Source: Desulfovibrio sp. (GTDB lineage Bacteria > Desulfobacterota > Desulfovibrionia > Desulfovibrionales > Desulfovibrionaceae). From it: DNA of 64,000 nucleotides. Under the pieces are notes generated by a model. The model searched no databases and was not told where the DNA came from. It saw nothing but the letters and a program-made list of their open reading frames with translations. Every line of letters starts with the position of its first letter. Position 1 is the stretch's first letter. Location of the stretch: positions 2,819 to 66,818 of the forward strand of contig JAQVYA010000002.1 of NCBI GenBank assembly GCA_028708865.1. Direction: 5' to 3'. The position numbers were made by a program, and so were the translations under genes. Of the stretch, positions 22,450 through 32,019 are shown piece after piece.

Positions 22450-22559
22450 AATGCCTTTCCTCATAACAAGTTCGCATCCCCTTGTGCGGGCAAACAAAAC
22501 AACGTATCATTTTGCCATTAACATCAAAAACAAATGCGTCCAATGAACCGGAGCACCCC

Positions 22560-23045
22560 ATGGAAGTGATTGTTCAATCCCCGGAAGCCACCCCGCCTTG
22601 CGACCGTTGTTGTACGGTCTCCATGATCATTAAAAGTTTCAAGGGCCGCCGTAACGTGGAAGTGCATCTTTTTCGCCCGGAATGGCCCCAACAGGAAGAA
22701 AACGACTACAACTGGAACCAGGTCATCGGCCCGCTGCTGCCCGAAGCCCCGTGCGCCCCAGGCTCCAGCCGCCGAGTGGTCATGGAATCCTTTACTTTAC
22801 AGGAGCGGGACCGCATCATCAACTACCTCAAAGCCCAATATGCCACAAGACTGAACGCCCTCCGCTCCTTGCCGCTGTCCTTTCCCGTCCCGGACGGACT
22901 GCCTGCCTTGTCCGATGCCGGGGAAGGCAAAAGCATAGGGTTGATCCGCTTTGAGCGAATTCCCAGTTATTCATTGAGCATTTCCATGCACGGGCTCTAT
23001 GACCTGTCACGGCATCCGCCCATTGTGGAAGAAGTCCAGGATTAA
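22560..23045 (+). CDS. hypothetical protein
   Basis: 161-aa ORF with GGAG RBS, divergent from uvrB; CDRCC near the N-terminus. Confidence 0.7.
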   Translation: MEVIVQSPEATPPCDRCCTVSMIIKSFKGRRNVEVHLFRPEWPQQEENDYNWNQVIGPLLPEAPCAPGSSRRVVMESFTLQERDRIINYLKAQYATRLNALRSLPLSFPVPDGLPALSDAGEGKSIGLIRFERIPSYSLSISMHGLYDLSRHPPIVEEVQD

Positions 23046-23146
23046 TCGATCCGCCAGAAGCGAATGACAGCGGGCAGTCCCGTGCCCCTAAACAAAATGA
23101 GGAGCGCCGTGCCGTAACAGCAAGCATGTTTTTCCTACGCCCCGCC

Positions 23147-23174
23147 TAAAGTCCTGTCCGCAGGTAGCCGATAA
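23147..23174 (+). promoter_or_regulatory. putative sigma28 (FliA) promoter
   Basis: TAAA-N16-GCCGATAA, 33 nt upstream of the ATG at 23208. Confidence 0.65.
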
Positions 23175-23207
23175 CATGAATGTACCGCATAGCTTGCAGG
23201 AGGCTTC

Positions 23208-23642
23208 ATGGACAACTTGCTACACGCGACCTGTTTTAAACAGGCGCTGGACCTTGCCCGGGCTGGCCGCTGGGAAGAAGCCCGCCAAACCCTCAAAGGG
23301 CTCCAGGATGAATTCATCGCTCTCTACGATGAAAACCAGGCGCTCAAGCAGCAACTACGCGAAGTGGCCGAAGTGCTGGATCTTTCGGAAAGCATGCGGT
23401 TTGATGGTCAAAAATACTGGCTCGAAACGGAAGACAATCGCGAAGGCCCTTATTGTCAGGTCTGCTATGACCAACACGGCAAACTGCTGCGTCTCCAAGA
23501 GCAAAAACGCCACTGGCAATGTAAGGGATGCGGCAATCTCTATCTCAAATTGGAAAAGCGCAAGGACAGTGAACCACGCCAAGCCGGGTCCCGCTTTCCT
23601 TCCCGCTTGATCAAAAATCCCATCCCTCTGTTCGTAAAATAA
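23208..23642 (+). CDS. hypothetical coiled-coil + zinc-ribbon protein
   Basis: AGGAGG RBS; L.DEN..LK..L coiled coil; YCQVC and CKGC. Confidence 0.78.
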   Translation: MDNLLHATCFKQALDLARAGRWEEARQTLKGLQDEFIALYDENQALKQQLREVAEVLDLSESMRFDGQKYWLETEDNREGPYCQVCYDQHGKLLRLQEQKRHWQCKGCGNLYLKLEKRKDSEPRQAGSRFPSRLIKNPIPLFVK

Positions 23643-23726
23643 ACAGGGCCACTTTGTGCCGTCACGGCCCGGAGCGCTGTACTTTTGCGTATCTAGGGAG
23701 GGAATTGGGGGTTTCATTGATCAAAT

Positions 23727-24413
23727 TTACCAATTTCTCTTCTCCCAGGGGCCACGCTCCGTAGGGTGATCCAAGGCAAGGGCCAGACGCTGCAAAAATT
23801 CAGTACGCCGCACCTCACGCGCACCAAAACGCAACAGATGCGCGGTTGTCTGCTGACAATCCACCAAATCATACTGCCGACGCTCCAGCCGGTGCACCAG
23901 ATGAACAAAAGCGACTTTGGACGCATCGGGTTCGGAAAAAAACATGGATTCCCCAAAAAACGCCCGGCCCAAAGCCACTCCATAAAGTCCCCCTACAAGG
24001 CGGTCGTCACGCCATGCTTCCACACTGTGCACAAATCCCAAATGGTGCAAACGAGAGTACGCCTCCACCATTTCAGGGACGATCCATGTCCCCTCCTGCC
24101 CCGGACGGGGGGCGCAGGCGCACGCACGGATCACTTCTTCAAAGGCCTGATCAAAGGTCACCTGAAACCGGCCACCATTCAGCACCCGGCGCAAACTTCG
24201 GGACACATGCAATTCACTAGGGAAAAGTACCAAGCGGGGGTCTGTACTCCACCACAAAATGGGGGACCGGGGAGCATACCAGGGAAAGATGCCACAGGAA
24301 TAGGCGTTCAACAGACGTTGAGGCGAGAGGTCCCCGCCCACGGCCAGGAGGCCATCCGGTTCGGCCTCCTGGGGGCTGGGGAAAATAGGTTCGTCAAACA
24401 GGCGGTAGATCAT
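23727..24413 (-). CDS. aat: leucyl/phenylalanyl-tRNA--protein transferase
   Basis: GLLAVGGDL, AY..GIFPWY, HSVE.W, VGGLYG, FFGESMF, DASK, DCQ. Confidence 0.96.
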   Translation of the reverse strand: MIYRLFDEPIFPSPQEAEPDGLLAVGGDLSPQRLLNAYSCGIFPWYAPRSPILWWSTDPRLVLFPSELHVSRSLRRVLNGGRFQVTFDQAFEEVIRACACAPRPGQEGTWIVPEMVEAYSRLHHLGFVHSVEAWRDDRLVGGLYGVALGRAFFGESMFFSEPDASKVAFVHLVHRLERRQYDLVDCQQTTAHLLRFGAREVRRTEFLQRLALALDHPTERGPWEKRNW

Positions 24414-24429
24414 GTGACCCTGCCGTGAA

Positions 24430-26778
24430 TCACTGCATTCGGCCACTCACGAATTCAAAGACAAAATCGCCCGAAGCTTCATTATCCTTGGGGCCTGGGG
24501 CCTCCACGTCCACTCCTTCACGCAGACGCATTACGGCCTTGCCTCCCTTTTGCAATTCACCAAAGAGAAGCTCATCCGCAAGGGCGTCCTTGATTTCAGT
24601 CTGAATGACGCGGGCCATGGGCCGGGCTCCAAAGGCGGGATCATACCCCAACTTGGCCAACCGCGCCCGGGCATCCCCCTGAAGCACAAGGCGAACCCGA
24701 CGTTCACGGAGCTGCTCGTTGAGTTCCTTGACGAACTTGTCCACTATGCGCTCCATCACATCCTGATCCAGGGAGGCAAAGGCAACGACGGCATCCAGCC
24801 GGTTTCGAAACTCCGGGCTAAAGAGCTTTTCAATGGCCCGCAATGCTCCGTCCTTCCGGTCCTTTTCCTCGTGTCGCTGGAAGCCGATGCCTGTCTTGGC
24901 AATATCCTGGGCTCCGGCATTGGAAGTCATGAGCAAAATCACATGGCGGAAGTCAGCCTTCCGGCCATTGTTGTCCGTAAGCGTGGCATAGTCCATGACC
25001 TGCAGGAGGATGTTGAACACATCCGGGTGTGCCTTTTCGATTTCGTCAAAAAGGACAACACAATGGGGGTGCTTACGCACTTCCTCGGTGAGCAGGCCGC
25101 CCTGGTCGAATCCCACATACCCCGGAGGCGCGCCAATAAGTCGGGCCACGGCGTGTTTTTCCATGTATTCCGACATATCAAAACGCAGGAAGTGAACCCC
25201 CATGACCTCGGCCAACTGCCGGGCCAGCTCGGTCTTGCCCACTCCCGTAGGACCGGTCAGCAAAAAAGAACCCGTGGGGCGTCCTGCTTGTTTCATGCCC
25301 GCCCGGGCCCGTTTGATGGAACGGGAAAGCAAGGTCACGGCCTGTTCCTGACCAAAGACCACATTCTTCAACCGTGGCTCCAGATCCTGCAACCGGGTTC
25401 GGTCGTTGCCGCTGAGTCTCCCGGCCGGAATGCGCGCCATGGCCGCCACCACCCGCTCCACGTCCTGCACGGCGATACGGTCATCCTTACGCAACCGCCC
25501 GGAAAGCCGATACCGGGCCCCTGCTTCATCAATGACGTCAATGGCCTTGTCCGGCAAAAAACGGTCGTTCACGTGCCGTGCCGACAGCCGAGCCGCCGCG
25601 CGCAGCGCAGGCAGAGTATAACTCACGCCATGGTGTTCTTCGTAGTACGGCTTGAGACCCTTGAGAATTTCCACGGTCTCATCCACGCTTGGCTCGGCGA
25701 TTTCAATTTTCTGGAATCGGCGAGACAAAGCGCGATCCTTTTCAAAATGATTCTTGTATTCCTCGTAGGTGGTGGAACCGATGCATCGCACCTCTCCGGA
25801 CTGGAGGAACGGCTTGAGCAGGTTGGAGGCGTCCAGACTGCCGCCAGAGACCGACCCCGCTCCCACGATGGTATGAATTTCGTCCACAAAAAGAATGGCG
25901 TCCTCAATGGCTTTCAGCTCGGACAGCACATTCTTGAGTCGTCCCTCAAAATCGCCGCGATACTTTGTCCCAGCCATGAGCGCCCCCATGTCCAGAGCAA
26001 AAATCTGTGCTTTGATGAATTCCTTGGGCACTTCTCCCCGGGAGATGAGCAGGGCCAGGCCTTCGGCCATGGCCGTCTTGCCCACGCCAGGGTCGCCAAC
26101 AAAAATAGGGTTGTTCTTGCGACGCCTGGCCAGGACCTGAACCGTACGCTCCAGCTCTTCTTCCCGGCCGATCAGCGGGTCAATGCCCCCTTCCATGGCC
26201 CGTCGGGTAAGATTCACTGTGAATTCACCCAGGGCGGACTGCTTCTCCTCCGGGCTTCCCTGCGGCATGCCCGGAGCCATTTTGGGTCCGGAGGTACGAG
26301 AGGAAGGTCTGCCCATGGAGTCGGCGGTAGAAGAGGAAAACGGTTCTTCGCTTTCCATGCCATGGGAGATATATTCCAGAATGTCGAGACGCGAAACGTC
26401 CTGGGTTCGCAAGAAGTACACCGCATAGGAGTCTTCCTCGTCAAACATGGCGGCCAGCACGTCGCCCACCTCAACCACATCCTTTCCCGAGGCGCGTTTT
26501 TGCCAGACGGCGCGTTGTAAAACGCGTCGCACGCCTAAAGTTTGGATCACCTCGGTTTCAGTATGCTCCGGCAGCGGCTCGAGATTTTCCGCAAAGAACT
26601 GCTCAAGCTGTTCCTGCAGCTTATCCACCTGCGCGCCGCAATGGGTCAAAATGACTTGGCCATGATGTTCACCAGCCAGGGCATACAGCAGGTGCTCCAG
26701 CGTGAGGTATTCATGGTTGCGTCGCTTAACCTCATTCACCGCCGCAGTCAGGGCATTCTCAAGTCCCTTGCTCAACAT
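24430..26778 (-). CDS. clpA: ATP-dependent Clp protease ATP-binding subunit ClpA
   Basis: Two AAA modules (GVGKT twice, DEIH, DEIEKAH), no middle domain, directly after clpS. Confidence 0.96.
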   Translation of the reverse strand: MLSKGLENALTAAVNEVKRRNHEYLTLEHLLYALAGEHHGQVILTHCGAQVDKLQEQLEQFFAENLEPLPEHTETEVIQTLGVRRVLQRAVWQKRASGKDVVEVGDVLAAMFDEEDSYAVYFLRTQDVSRLDILEYISHGMESEEPFSSSTADSMGRPSSRTSGPKMAPGMPQGSPEEKQSALGEFTVNLTRRAMEGGIDPLIGREEELERTVQVLARRRKNNPIFVGDPGVGKTAMAEGLALLISRGEVPKEFIKAQIFALDMGALMAGTKYRGDFEGRLKNVLSELKAIEDAILFVDEIHTIVGAGSVSGGSLDASNLLKPFLQSGEVRCIGSTTYEEYKNHFEKDRALSRRFQKIEIAEPSVDETVEILKGLKPYYEEHHGVSYTLPALRAAARLSARHVNDRFLPDKAIDVIDEAGARYRLSGRLRKDDRIAVQDVERVVAAMARIPAGRLSGNDRTRLQDLEPRLKNVVFGQEQAVTLLSRSIKRARAGMKQAGRPTGSFLLTGPTGVGKTELARQLAEVMGVHFLRFDMSEYMEKHAVARLIGAPPGYVGFDQGGLLTEEVRKHPHCVVLFDEIEKAHPDVFNILLQVMDYATLTDNNGRKADFRHVILLMTSNAGAQDIAKTGIGFQRHEEKDRKDGALRAIEKLFSPEFRNRLDAVVAFASLDQDVMERIVDKFVKELNEQLRERRVRLVLQGDARARLAKLGYDPAFGARPMARVIQTEIKDALADELLFGELQKGGKAVMRLREGVDVEAPGPKDNEASGDFVFEFVSGRMQ

Positions 26779-26782
26779 GGCT

Positions 26783-27097
26783 CTATTCCCCTTCCATGCT
26801 GCATTTCAGCGGAAACCCGGCCTGGCGGGCCAGACGGTGGACCGTGTCCACCTTGGTCTCGGCCACCTCTGCCGTGTATATGCCACAAACGCCTTTTCCC
26901 TCGTTGTGCACGGCGAGCATGACCAGCGTCGCCTCGGTTTCCGTCTTATTGAATACATGCACGAGTATCTCGACCACAAAATCCATGGTCGTATAGTCGT
27001 CGTTGAGGAGCACTACCTTGAATTTTCGCGGCTCCCGGACCTCATGTTTCTCGTGTACCTTGATCTGGGAATCGTCGTCCGTAAACGGCCTGCCCAT
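26783..27097 (-). CDS. clpS: ClpAP adaptor ClpS
   Basis: VVLLNDDYTTMDFVV...MLAVH..G. Confidence 0.96.
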   Translation of the reverse strand: MGRPFTDDDSQIKVHEKHEVREPRKFKVVLLNDDYTTMDFVVEILVHVFNKTETEATLVMLAVHNEGKGVCGIYTAEVAETKVDTVHRLARQAGFPLKCSMEGE

Positions 27098-27166
27098 AGA
27101 ACTCCCTCAAAATCCTTTTCCGCGCTTAGTATCAAGAATAAGCGCGATCGCCGCTATTGTCGAGTA

Positions 27167-27757
27167 TCACCGACTGGAAATTTGTTTCAGCAGTTGTTCC
27201 CGCTCTTCGGGTGAAAAAACAAACCCGTCCCGGGGCTCCAAGCCCTGTTCCGCCCGCCATGCACAGTTCAGATCATGATACGTCCGTGACGTGGATAACT
27301 CCGGTGCCAGGCCCAGTTTTTCAGCCAAAGGCGCCAATTCCGATTCGGGTCCCTCTATTTCCACAAAATCGCCAAAGGGCAAACGATCAAGACAAACCTC
27401 ACACCCCTGCACGGCCCACTTCTCCCGCACCTTCTCATAGCCAAAGGCCACCGTGTATCCCAACCCTTCCAAGACCTTCCGCATGGCCTCCAGGTCGCCT
27501 ACCCTGGTTTGGTGCTCCGCACATCGTTTGACTTGGATGCTGCTCGGGCCGGGCTGTTTCAATGTTAACACTCCGCCCTGAGGCTTTCGCCGCAGACGCA
27601 ACAAGACTCCCTGTCGGCGCAGGCGGGCCTCCGCGTCATCGAAGACCCAATTCTCCTCAAAATACGGCTCCTGAGGCTTTGCCCCCAAGGAATCCAATGC
27701 CTGGCGAACCGCTGCATGGTTCGCCTGAACGAATTTAAGCTCCACCTCCATGCTCAC
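27167..27757 (-). CDS. CYTH / class IV adenylate cyclase family protein
   Basis: EVELKF, LRLR, TLK, YEK.RE, FVEIEG. Confidence 0.88.
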   Translation of the reverse strand: MSMEVELKFVQANHAAVRQALDSLGAKPQEPYFEENWVFDDAEARLRRQGVLLRLRRKPQGGVLTLKQPGPSSIQVKRCAEHQTRVGDLEAMRKVLEGLGYTVAFGYEKVREKWAVQGCEVCLDRLPFGDFVEIEGPESELAPLAEKLGLAPELSTSRTYHDLNCAWRAEQGLEPRDGFVFSPEEREQLLKQISSR

Positions 27758-27820
27758 ATGCCTTTCCTCCGAAAAAGAAACTTGCTATGCCACGGCAGCC
27801 AACGCAACAGGAGCAACTCC

Positions 27821-28195
27821 GTGACGAAAATTCTTGTCCTTGCCTTAGGCGGTGCCGCTGGCACCCTGTCCCGCTACTGGCTTTCCGGAGCCGCCCAACG
27901 CCTCTTTGGCGCATCGTTCCCCGCAGGGACCTTTGCCGTCAACATGACAGGCAGCCTTTTCTTCGGCTTTCTTTGGGGCCTTTTTGAAAACCGCATCGGG
28001 TTCAGCCCGGAACTACGCCTGCTTCTACTCACGGGCTTCATGGGCGCGTTTACGACCTTTTCCACCTATATGTTCGAATCCGCAGCACTGCTCCGCCACG
28101 GCCAGTACCTCACGCTGCTCATCAACGTAGGCGGGCAAAGCCTCCTTGGCCTGGCTCTGGTCTTGACGGGCATGATCCTGGGGCGCATGATTTAA
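27821..28195 (+). CDS. crcB: fluoride channel Fluc/CrcB
   Basis: GGAAGTLSRY, GTFAVN..GS, TGFMGAFTTFSTY; GTG start after AGGAG. Confidence 0.94.
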   Translation: MTKILVLALGGAAGTLSRYWLSGAAQRLFGASFPAGTFAVNMTGSLFFGFLWGLFENRIGFSPELRLLLLTGFMGAFTTFSTYMFESAALLRHGQYLTLLINVGGQSLLGLALVLTGMILGRMI

Positions 28196-28237
28196 GCGTA
28201 CAGTATGGTGGCACAACCCGCAAACAGGATGGACCAC

Positions 28238-28585
28238 ATGACACTACCCAAAAACGCGGAACGACTCCGAATCTTTATCGGCGAAGGAGACCGTCAACAC
28301 GGCAAGCCTCTGTACGAGGTTATTGTGCACCAGGCCCGAGAAAGCGGACTTGCCGGAGCCACCGTATTACGCGGCATTATGGGGTATGGTGCCAACAGCC
28401 GGGTGCGGACCAACAAGATTCTCCGGCTTTCCGAGGACTTGTCTCTGATCGTGGAAATCGTGGACATACCGGAAAAAATCGAAGCCTTTCTCCCGAAGCT
28501 GGACGCTCTCATGAATGAAGGTCTGGTCACGCGGGAGCCCGTGGAGGTGCTCGTCTACCGCCACGCCCATTCAGACAAGGCCTGA
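28238..28585 (+). CDS. DUF190 (PII-like) protein
   Basis: LRIFIGE.D, GLAGATVLRGIMGYG, LS.DL...VEIVD; usual crcB neighbour. Confidence 0.9.
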   Translation: MTLPKNAERLRIFIGEGDRQHGKPLYEVIVHQARESGLAGATVLRGIMGYGANSRVRTNKILRLSEDLSLIVEIVDIPEKIEAFLPKLDALMNEGLVTREPVEVLVYRHAHSDKA

Positions 28586-28605
28586 GCAGTGGCCCCGGCT
28601 TCCCG

Positions 28606-29463
28606 TTACACTTTGCGGTAGATAGTCGGGGCAACAGCCTGCAAGGGCACGTCCATGCCCGTAAGACTTTCAGAATGCCCCGTGAAGAGATAACCGCCTG
28701 CTACAATTTGCTCGGCGATGCGCCGAAAAAGTCGTTCCTGGGTGGGACGGTCGAAATAGATGACCACATTGCGGCAGAAGACCACATCCCTAGGCTTTTC
28801 CAGGCGGAACGGCTCCATAAAATTCAACCGGCGAAACGAAACCCGTTTCCGCAATTCCGGAACAATACGGATCAGACGCTTTTTCGGATCCTTGCTGCGC
28901 AGCAGATACTTTTTTCGAAATGCCTGGGGAATATCCTCCATCTTGTCCATCACGTACACGGCACGCGCTGCGGTCTCCAGGACTCTCGTGGAAATATCTG
29001 TAGCCAGGATGTCGAAAGAAAACTTCTGATGTTTCTGTGCAAAGGCGTCCAGCACCATGGCCAGAGTATAGGGCTCCTCTCCCGTGGAGCAGCCCGCGCT
29101 CCAGACCCGCAATGCGCGTTCTCCCCCCAATCGGGCATGCAGTCCCGGTAAAATGTTGTCCCGAAGAGCATCAAAATGGTTCGATTCTCTAAAAAAATGC
29201 GTCGTGTTGGTTGTTACGGCGTCATAAAGATGTGGCAATTCGTCTTTTTGCCCACCTTCGCTGAACAGCAACTCCCGGTACTGACTATAGGAATGAAGAC
29301 CCAACAGGCGTAGCCGTTTATTCAACCTCGCCTCAAGCATGGACTTTTTTCCCGAAGGCATCTTGATGCCCAGCTTGGAGGTAATAAAATCGGCAAAGGC
29401 CCGAAAGTCCTTATCCGTCAAAGGGGCCGGACGCGTCGGCATACTTGGCGTGTTCTGGGGCAT
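28606..29463 (-). CDS. cheR: chemotaxis methyltransferase CheR
   Basis: TTNTTHFFRE, WSAGCSTGEEPY, ATDIS, FCRNVVIYFD, GHSES. Confidence 0.95.
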   Translation of the reverse strand: MPQNTPSMPTRPAPLTDKDFRAFADFITSKLGIKMPSGKKSMLEARLNKRLRLLGLHSYSQYRELLFSEGGQKDELPHLYDAVTTNTTHFFRESNHFDALRDNILPGLHARLGGERALRVWSAGCSTGEEPYTLAMVLDAFAQKHQKFSFDILATDISTRVLETAARAVYVMDKMEDIPQAFRKKYLLRSKDPKKRLIRIVPELRKRVSFRRLNFMEPFRLEKPRDVVFCRNVVIYFDRPTQERLFRRIAEQIVAGGYLFTGHSESLTGMDVPLQAVAPTIYRKV

Positions 29464-29583
29464 TGCTGTATCTGTCTGAGTAAAAAGAAAATGGACTTTG
29501 CAACGGTGCCGCTATTCCAACGGACTTCACGACCTGGGTCGTTCCATTCCCGCCCAGACCCGCAAACAATACATATGATCACG

Positions 29584-31965
29584 CTACGCGGATTCAGCGA
29601 TCACGCGCCTCATCAACCCGGGCACATCCAGGATCAAGGCAATGCTGCCGTCTCCCTTGATGGTGGCTCCTGAAATTCCGTCCACATCCTTGTAGATTTT
29701 TCCCAGACTCTTGATCACGGTCTGGTGCTCACCAATGACCTTATCCACCACGATACCGACTCGGCGCCCCTCCAACCCGACGATGACCACCTGCTCGATT
29801 TCCGGCCGGTCAGCTTCAATGTCAAAGCATTCTCGAAGCTGCACATACGGCACAATCTCCCCGCGCAGGTAGAGGATTCTGCCGTCGCTGTCCTGTTCAT
29901 CCTTGGCGCGCAGCTCGACACACTCTTCTACCACCGTGAGCGGAACCACATAATGCTCATCGCCGACGAGCACTTGAAGTCCATCAATGATTGCCAAGGT
30001 CAGAGGCAACTTGATCGTGATTTCGGTTCCCTTGCCCAGGGTACTGTTGATGACGATGCGTCCGCGCAGGGCGTCAATGGCCCGTTTGACAACGTCCATG
30101 CCGACCCCTCGGCCGGAAACACTGGTAACTTGTTTGGCCGTGGAAAATCCGGGTTCGAAAATCAGATTTAAAATGTCGGAACGACTTAATTCCGCATCCG
30201 GGGCAATAATCCCGCGCTCCAGGGCCTTTTCGCGAATCACATCGGGATCAATGCCCCGACCATCGTCCAGAATCCGGATAAGCACTTCGCCGCCAGCATG
30301 TTCGGCCGCAAGATGAATGGTTGCGGTTTTGGGCTTGCCCGCAGCCGCACGATCTTCCGGAAATTCCACCCCGTGGTCGATGCTGTTGCGCAACAAATGC
30401 ACCAGTGGATCGGCCAGCCGTTCGATTACGGTTTTATCCAGTTCAGTATCCGCCCCGGCCGTAGTAAGCTGAATTTCTTTGCCGAGTTCACCGGAAAGAT
30501 CCCTGACCAGTCGCCTGAACTTGCTAAAAGAGGTCCCAATCGGCAGCATCCGGACGCTCAATGCACTATCGCGTAACTCGTCCGAAAGCCGTTCCAGATC
30601 TTCGGCCAGCCGCTTGAGAATGGCGTCTTCACGTTCCAGCGATAGCTGACTGATCTGCGCCTGGACAATGACCAGTTCGCCAACCAAATCCACCAGAGAA
30701 TCCAGCTTTTCCGCAGCCACCCGAATACTGGTAACCGCATCTTGTTGCCGGCCTGCATCCGGGGCTCGAGGCGCGGGGCGATCTTCAGCCGTGGGCTTGG
30801 CTTTTGCTGCGGGAGGCGTAGGTTTGGCAGCAAGTTTGGGTCCGGAGTCGGTCTTCATTGCAGACGCCGCAGGCACAGCTTCAGGAGACGAAGCCGCCGA
30901 TGGTGGCGCAATCGGAGCCGAAGGCGCTGGGTGTTCCACATCTGATGCGGAATTTTCCGACACGGCTGTAGACTGTACCCCGGAACCGGTGACAGGGGAC
31001 TCCGACTCTAGAACCGACTCCTGATCAGCGGAGGATTCCACATCGTCCAACAACTCCCAGCCTTCGTCCGTCAGGGTTTCAGCCGGAGGGGCCGCAAGCT
31101 GCGGGCGTACCGCAGGGGCCGGGGAAACCTGCACATCCAATGGAGCATCCGAAAAAAAGAATACATCCTTGACGTCTTCGGCCCCGTGTACGGTTTCCAG
31201 CACAACATCCCAAGCCACGTAAATATGTCCGGGAATCAAATCCTTCAGCAGCGGAACCCCCGACTCATCGGCCCGCACCTCACAGGGACCAAGTTTTGCG
31301 AGCTCCTCCAGTAAGGGTTCAATATGAAATTGCTCGCCGGAATCATCAGGCCGCGGCGAGATTCGAACCTGCCAACGTCTTGTTTCCAACGTGTCCGCGT
31401 TCGGTTCCTCCTCGGGGGTAATTGGCTCGGCCCCTTCTTCCCGAGACTTCTCCGTGGCAGCAGCGGCAGCGGCGGCAGCGGGCAGCGTAGCGGAATCCTC
31501 GGACTTTGCCACATCTCCATCGGCTTCTCCCGGACCATCCAATGCAGACTCCCCGGGGGGGACGACCGTATTGTCCACTTCCGCCTCACCAGAGGAAATG
31601 CCGCGCAATGCCTCCAGGATGGCACCTGCTTCCTGCGGGTCGACTTCGTCTCCACCGCCTTCGTCCAACATGCGCTGGATGTGATCCCGAACAAGAAACG
31701 CCTGATCCAACAGCCCGCGGGAAATTTTCAGGTCGCCGTTTCGAACCATGTCGAACACGGATTCCACTTCATGGGTAAACCCGGCGATATCGTCGAATCC
31801 GAACATGGACCCCGAGCCTTTGATGGTATGCAAGGCCCGAAAAACACGGTTCACGATGTCCATATCATCAGAACGACCTTCCAGCTCAAGCAGGGTGGTC
31901 TCCAGCTCGGCCAGCAGTTCGTAGGCTTCTTCCCGGAAAATCTGTCTATTGATGTCGTCGGACAA
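29584..31965 (-). CDS. cheA: chemotaxis histidine kinase CheA
   Basis: FRALHTIKG (P1), HLLRNSIDHG, DDGRG, FSTA..V..VSGRGVGMD, C-terminal CheW-like P5. Confidence 0.96.
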   Translation of the reverse strand: MSDDINRQIFREEAYELLAELETTLLELEGRSDDMDIVNRVFRALHTIKGSGSMFGFDDIAGFTHEVESVFDMVRNGDLKISRGLLDQAFLVRDHIQRMLDEGGGDEVDPQEAGAILEALRGISSGEAEVDNTVVPPGESALDGPGEADGDVAKSEDSATLPAAAAAAAATEKSREEGAEPITPEEEPNADTLETRRWQVRISPRPDDSGEQFHIEPLLEELAKLGPCEVRADESGVPLLKDLIPGHIYVAWDVVLETVHGAEDVKDVFFFSDAPLDVQVSPAPAVRPQLAAPPAETLTDEGWELLDDVESSADQESVLESESPVTGSGVQSTAVSENSASDVEHPAPSAPIAPPSAASSPEAVPAASAMKTDSGPKLAAKPTPPAAKAKPTAEDRPAPRAPDAGRQQDAVTSIRVAAEKLDSLVDLVGELVIVQAQISQLSLEREDAILKRLAEDLERLSDELRDSALSVRMLPIGTSFSKFRRLVRDLSGELGKEIQLTTAGADTELDKTVIERLADPLVHLLRNSIDHGVEFPEDRAAAGKPKTATIHLAAEHAGGEVLIRILDDGRGIDPDVIREKALERGIIAPDAELSRSDILNLIFEPGFSTAKQVTSVSGRGVGMDVVKRAIDALRGRIVINSTLGKGTEITIKLPLTLAIIDGLQVLVGDEHYVVPLTVVEECVELRAKDEQDSDGRILYLRGEIVPYVQLRECFDIEADRPEIEQVVIVGLEGRRVGIVVDKVIGEHQTVIKSLGKIYKDVDGISGATIKGDGSIALILDVPGLMRRVIAESA

Positions 31966-32019
31966 CAGCCCCTCTCCCCGCGCTTTACAGGCGCTTTCGC
32001 GTTGTACCCCCGATGAGGG

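Noticed and set aside
24550-26520. 656-aa + strand ORF and other long antisense ORFs (8125-9513, 11220-12428, 52842-54395, 54465-56177, 60718-62076)
   Set aside because: Shadow frames opposite well-conserved genes in GC-rich DNA; no motifs or RBS.
27781-27795. Identical 15-mer CTTGCTATGCCACGG here and on the minus strand at 13564-13578
   Set aside because: Some 15-mer matches are expected by chance in 64 kb, and the 13564 copy is explained by the antiterminator and leader stop.
27757-27821. Fluoride riboswitch upstream of crcB
   Set aside because: Only about 60 bp of intergenic sequence and no GGCGATG...GATG..Y core.
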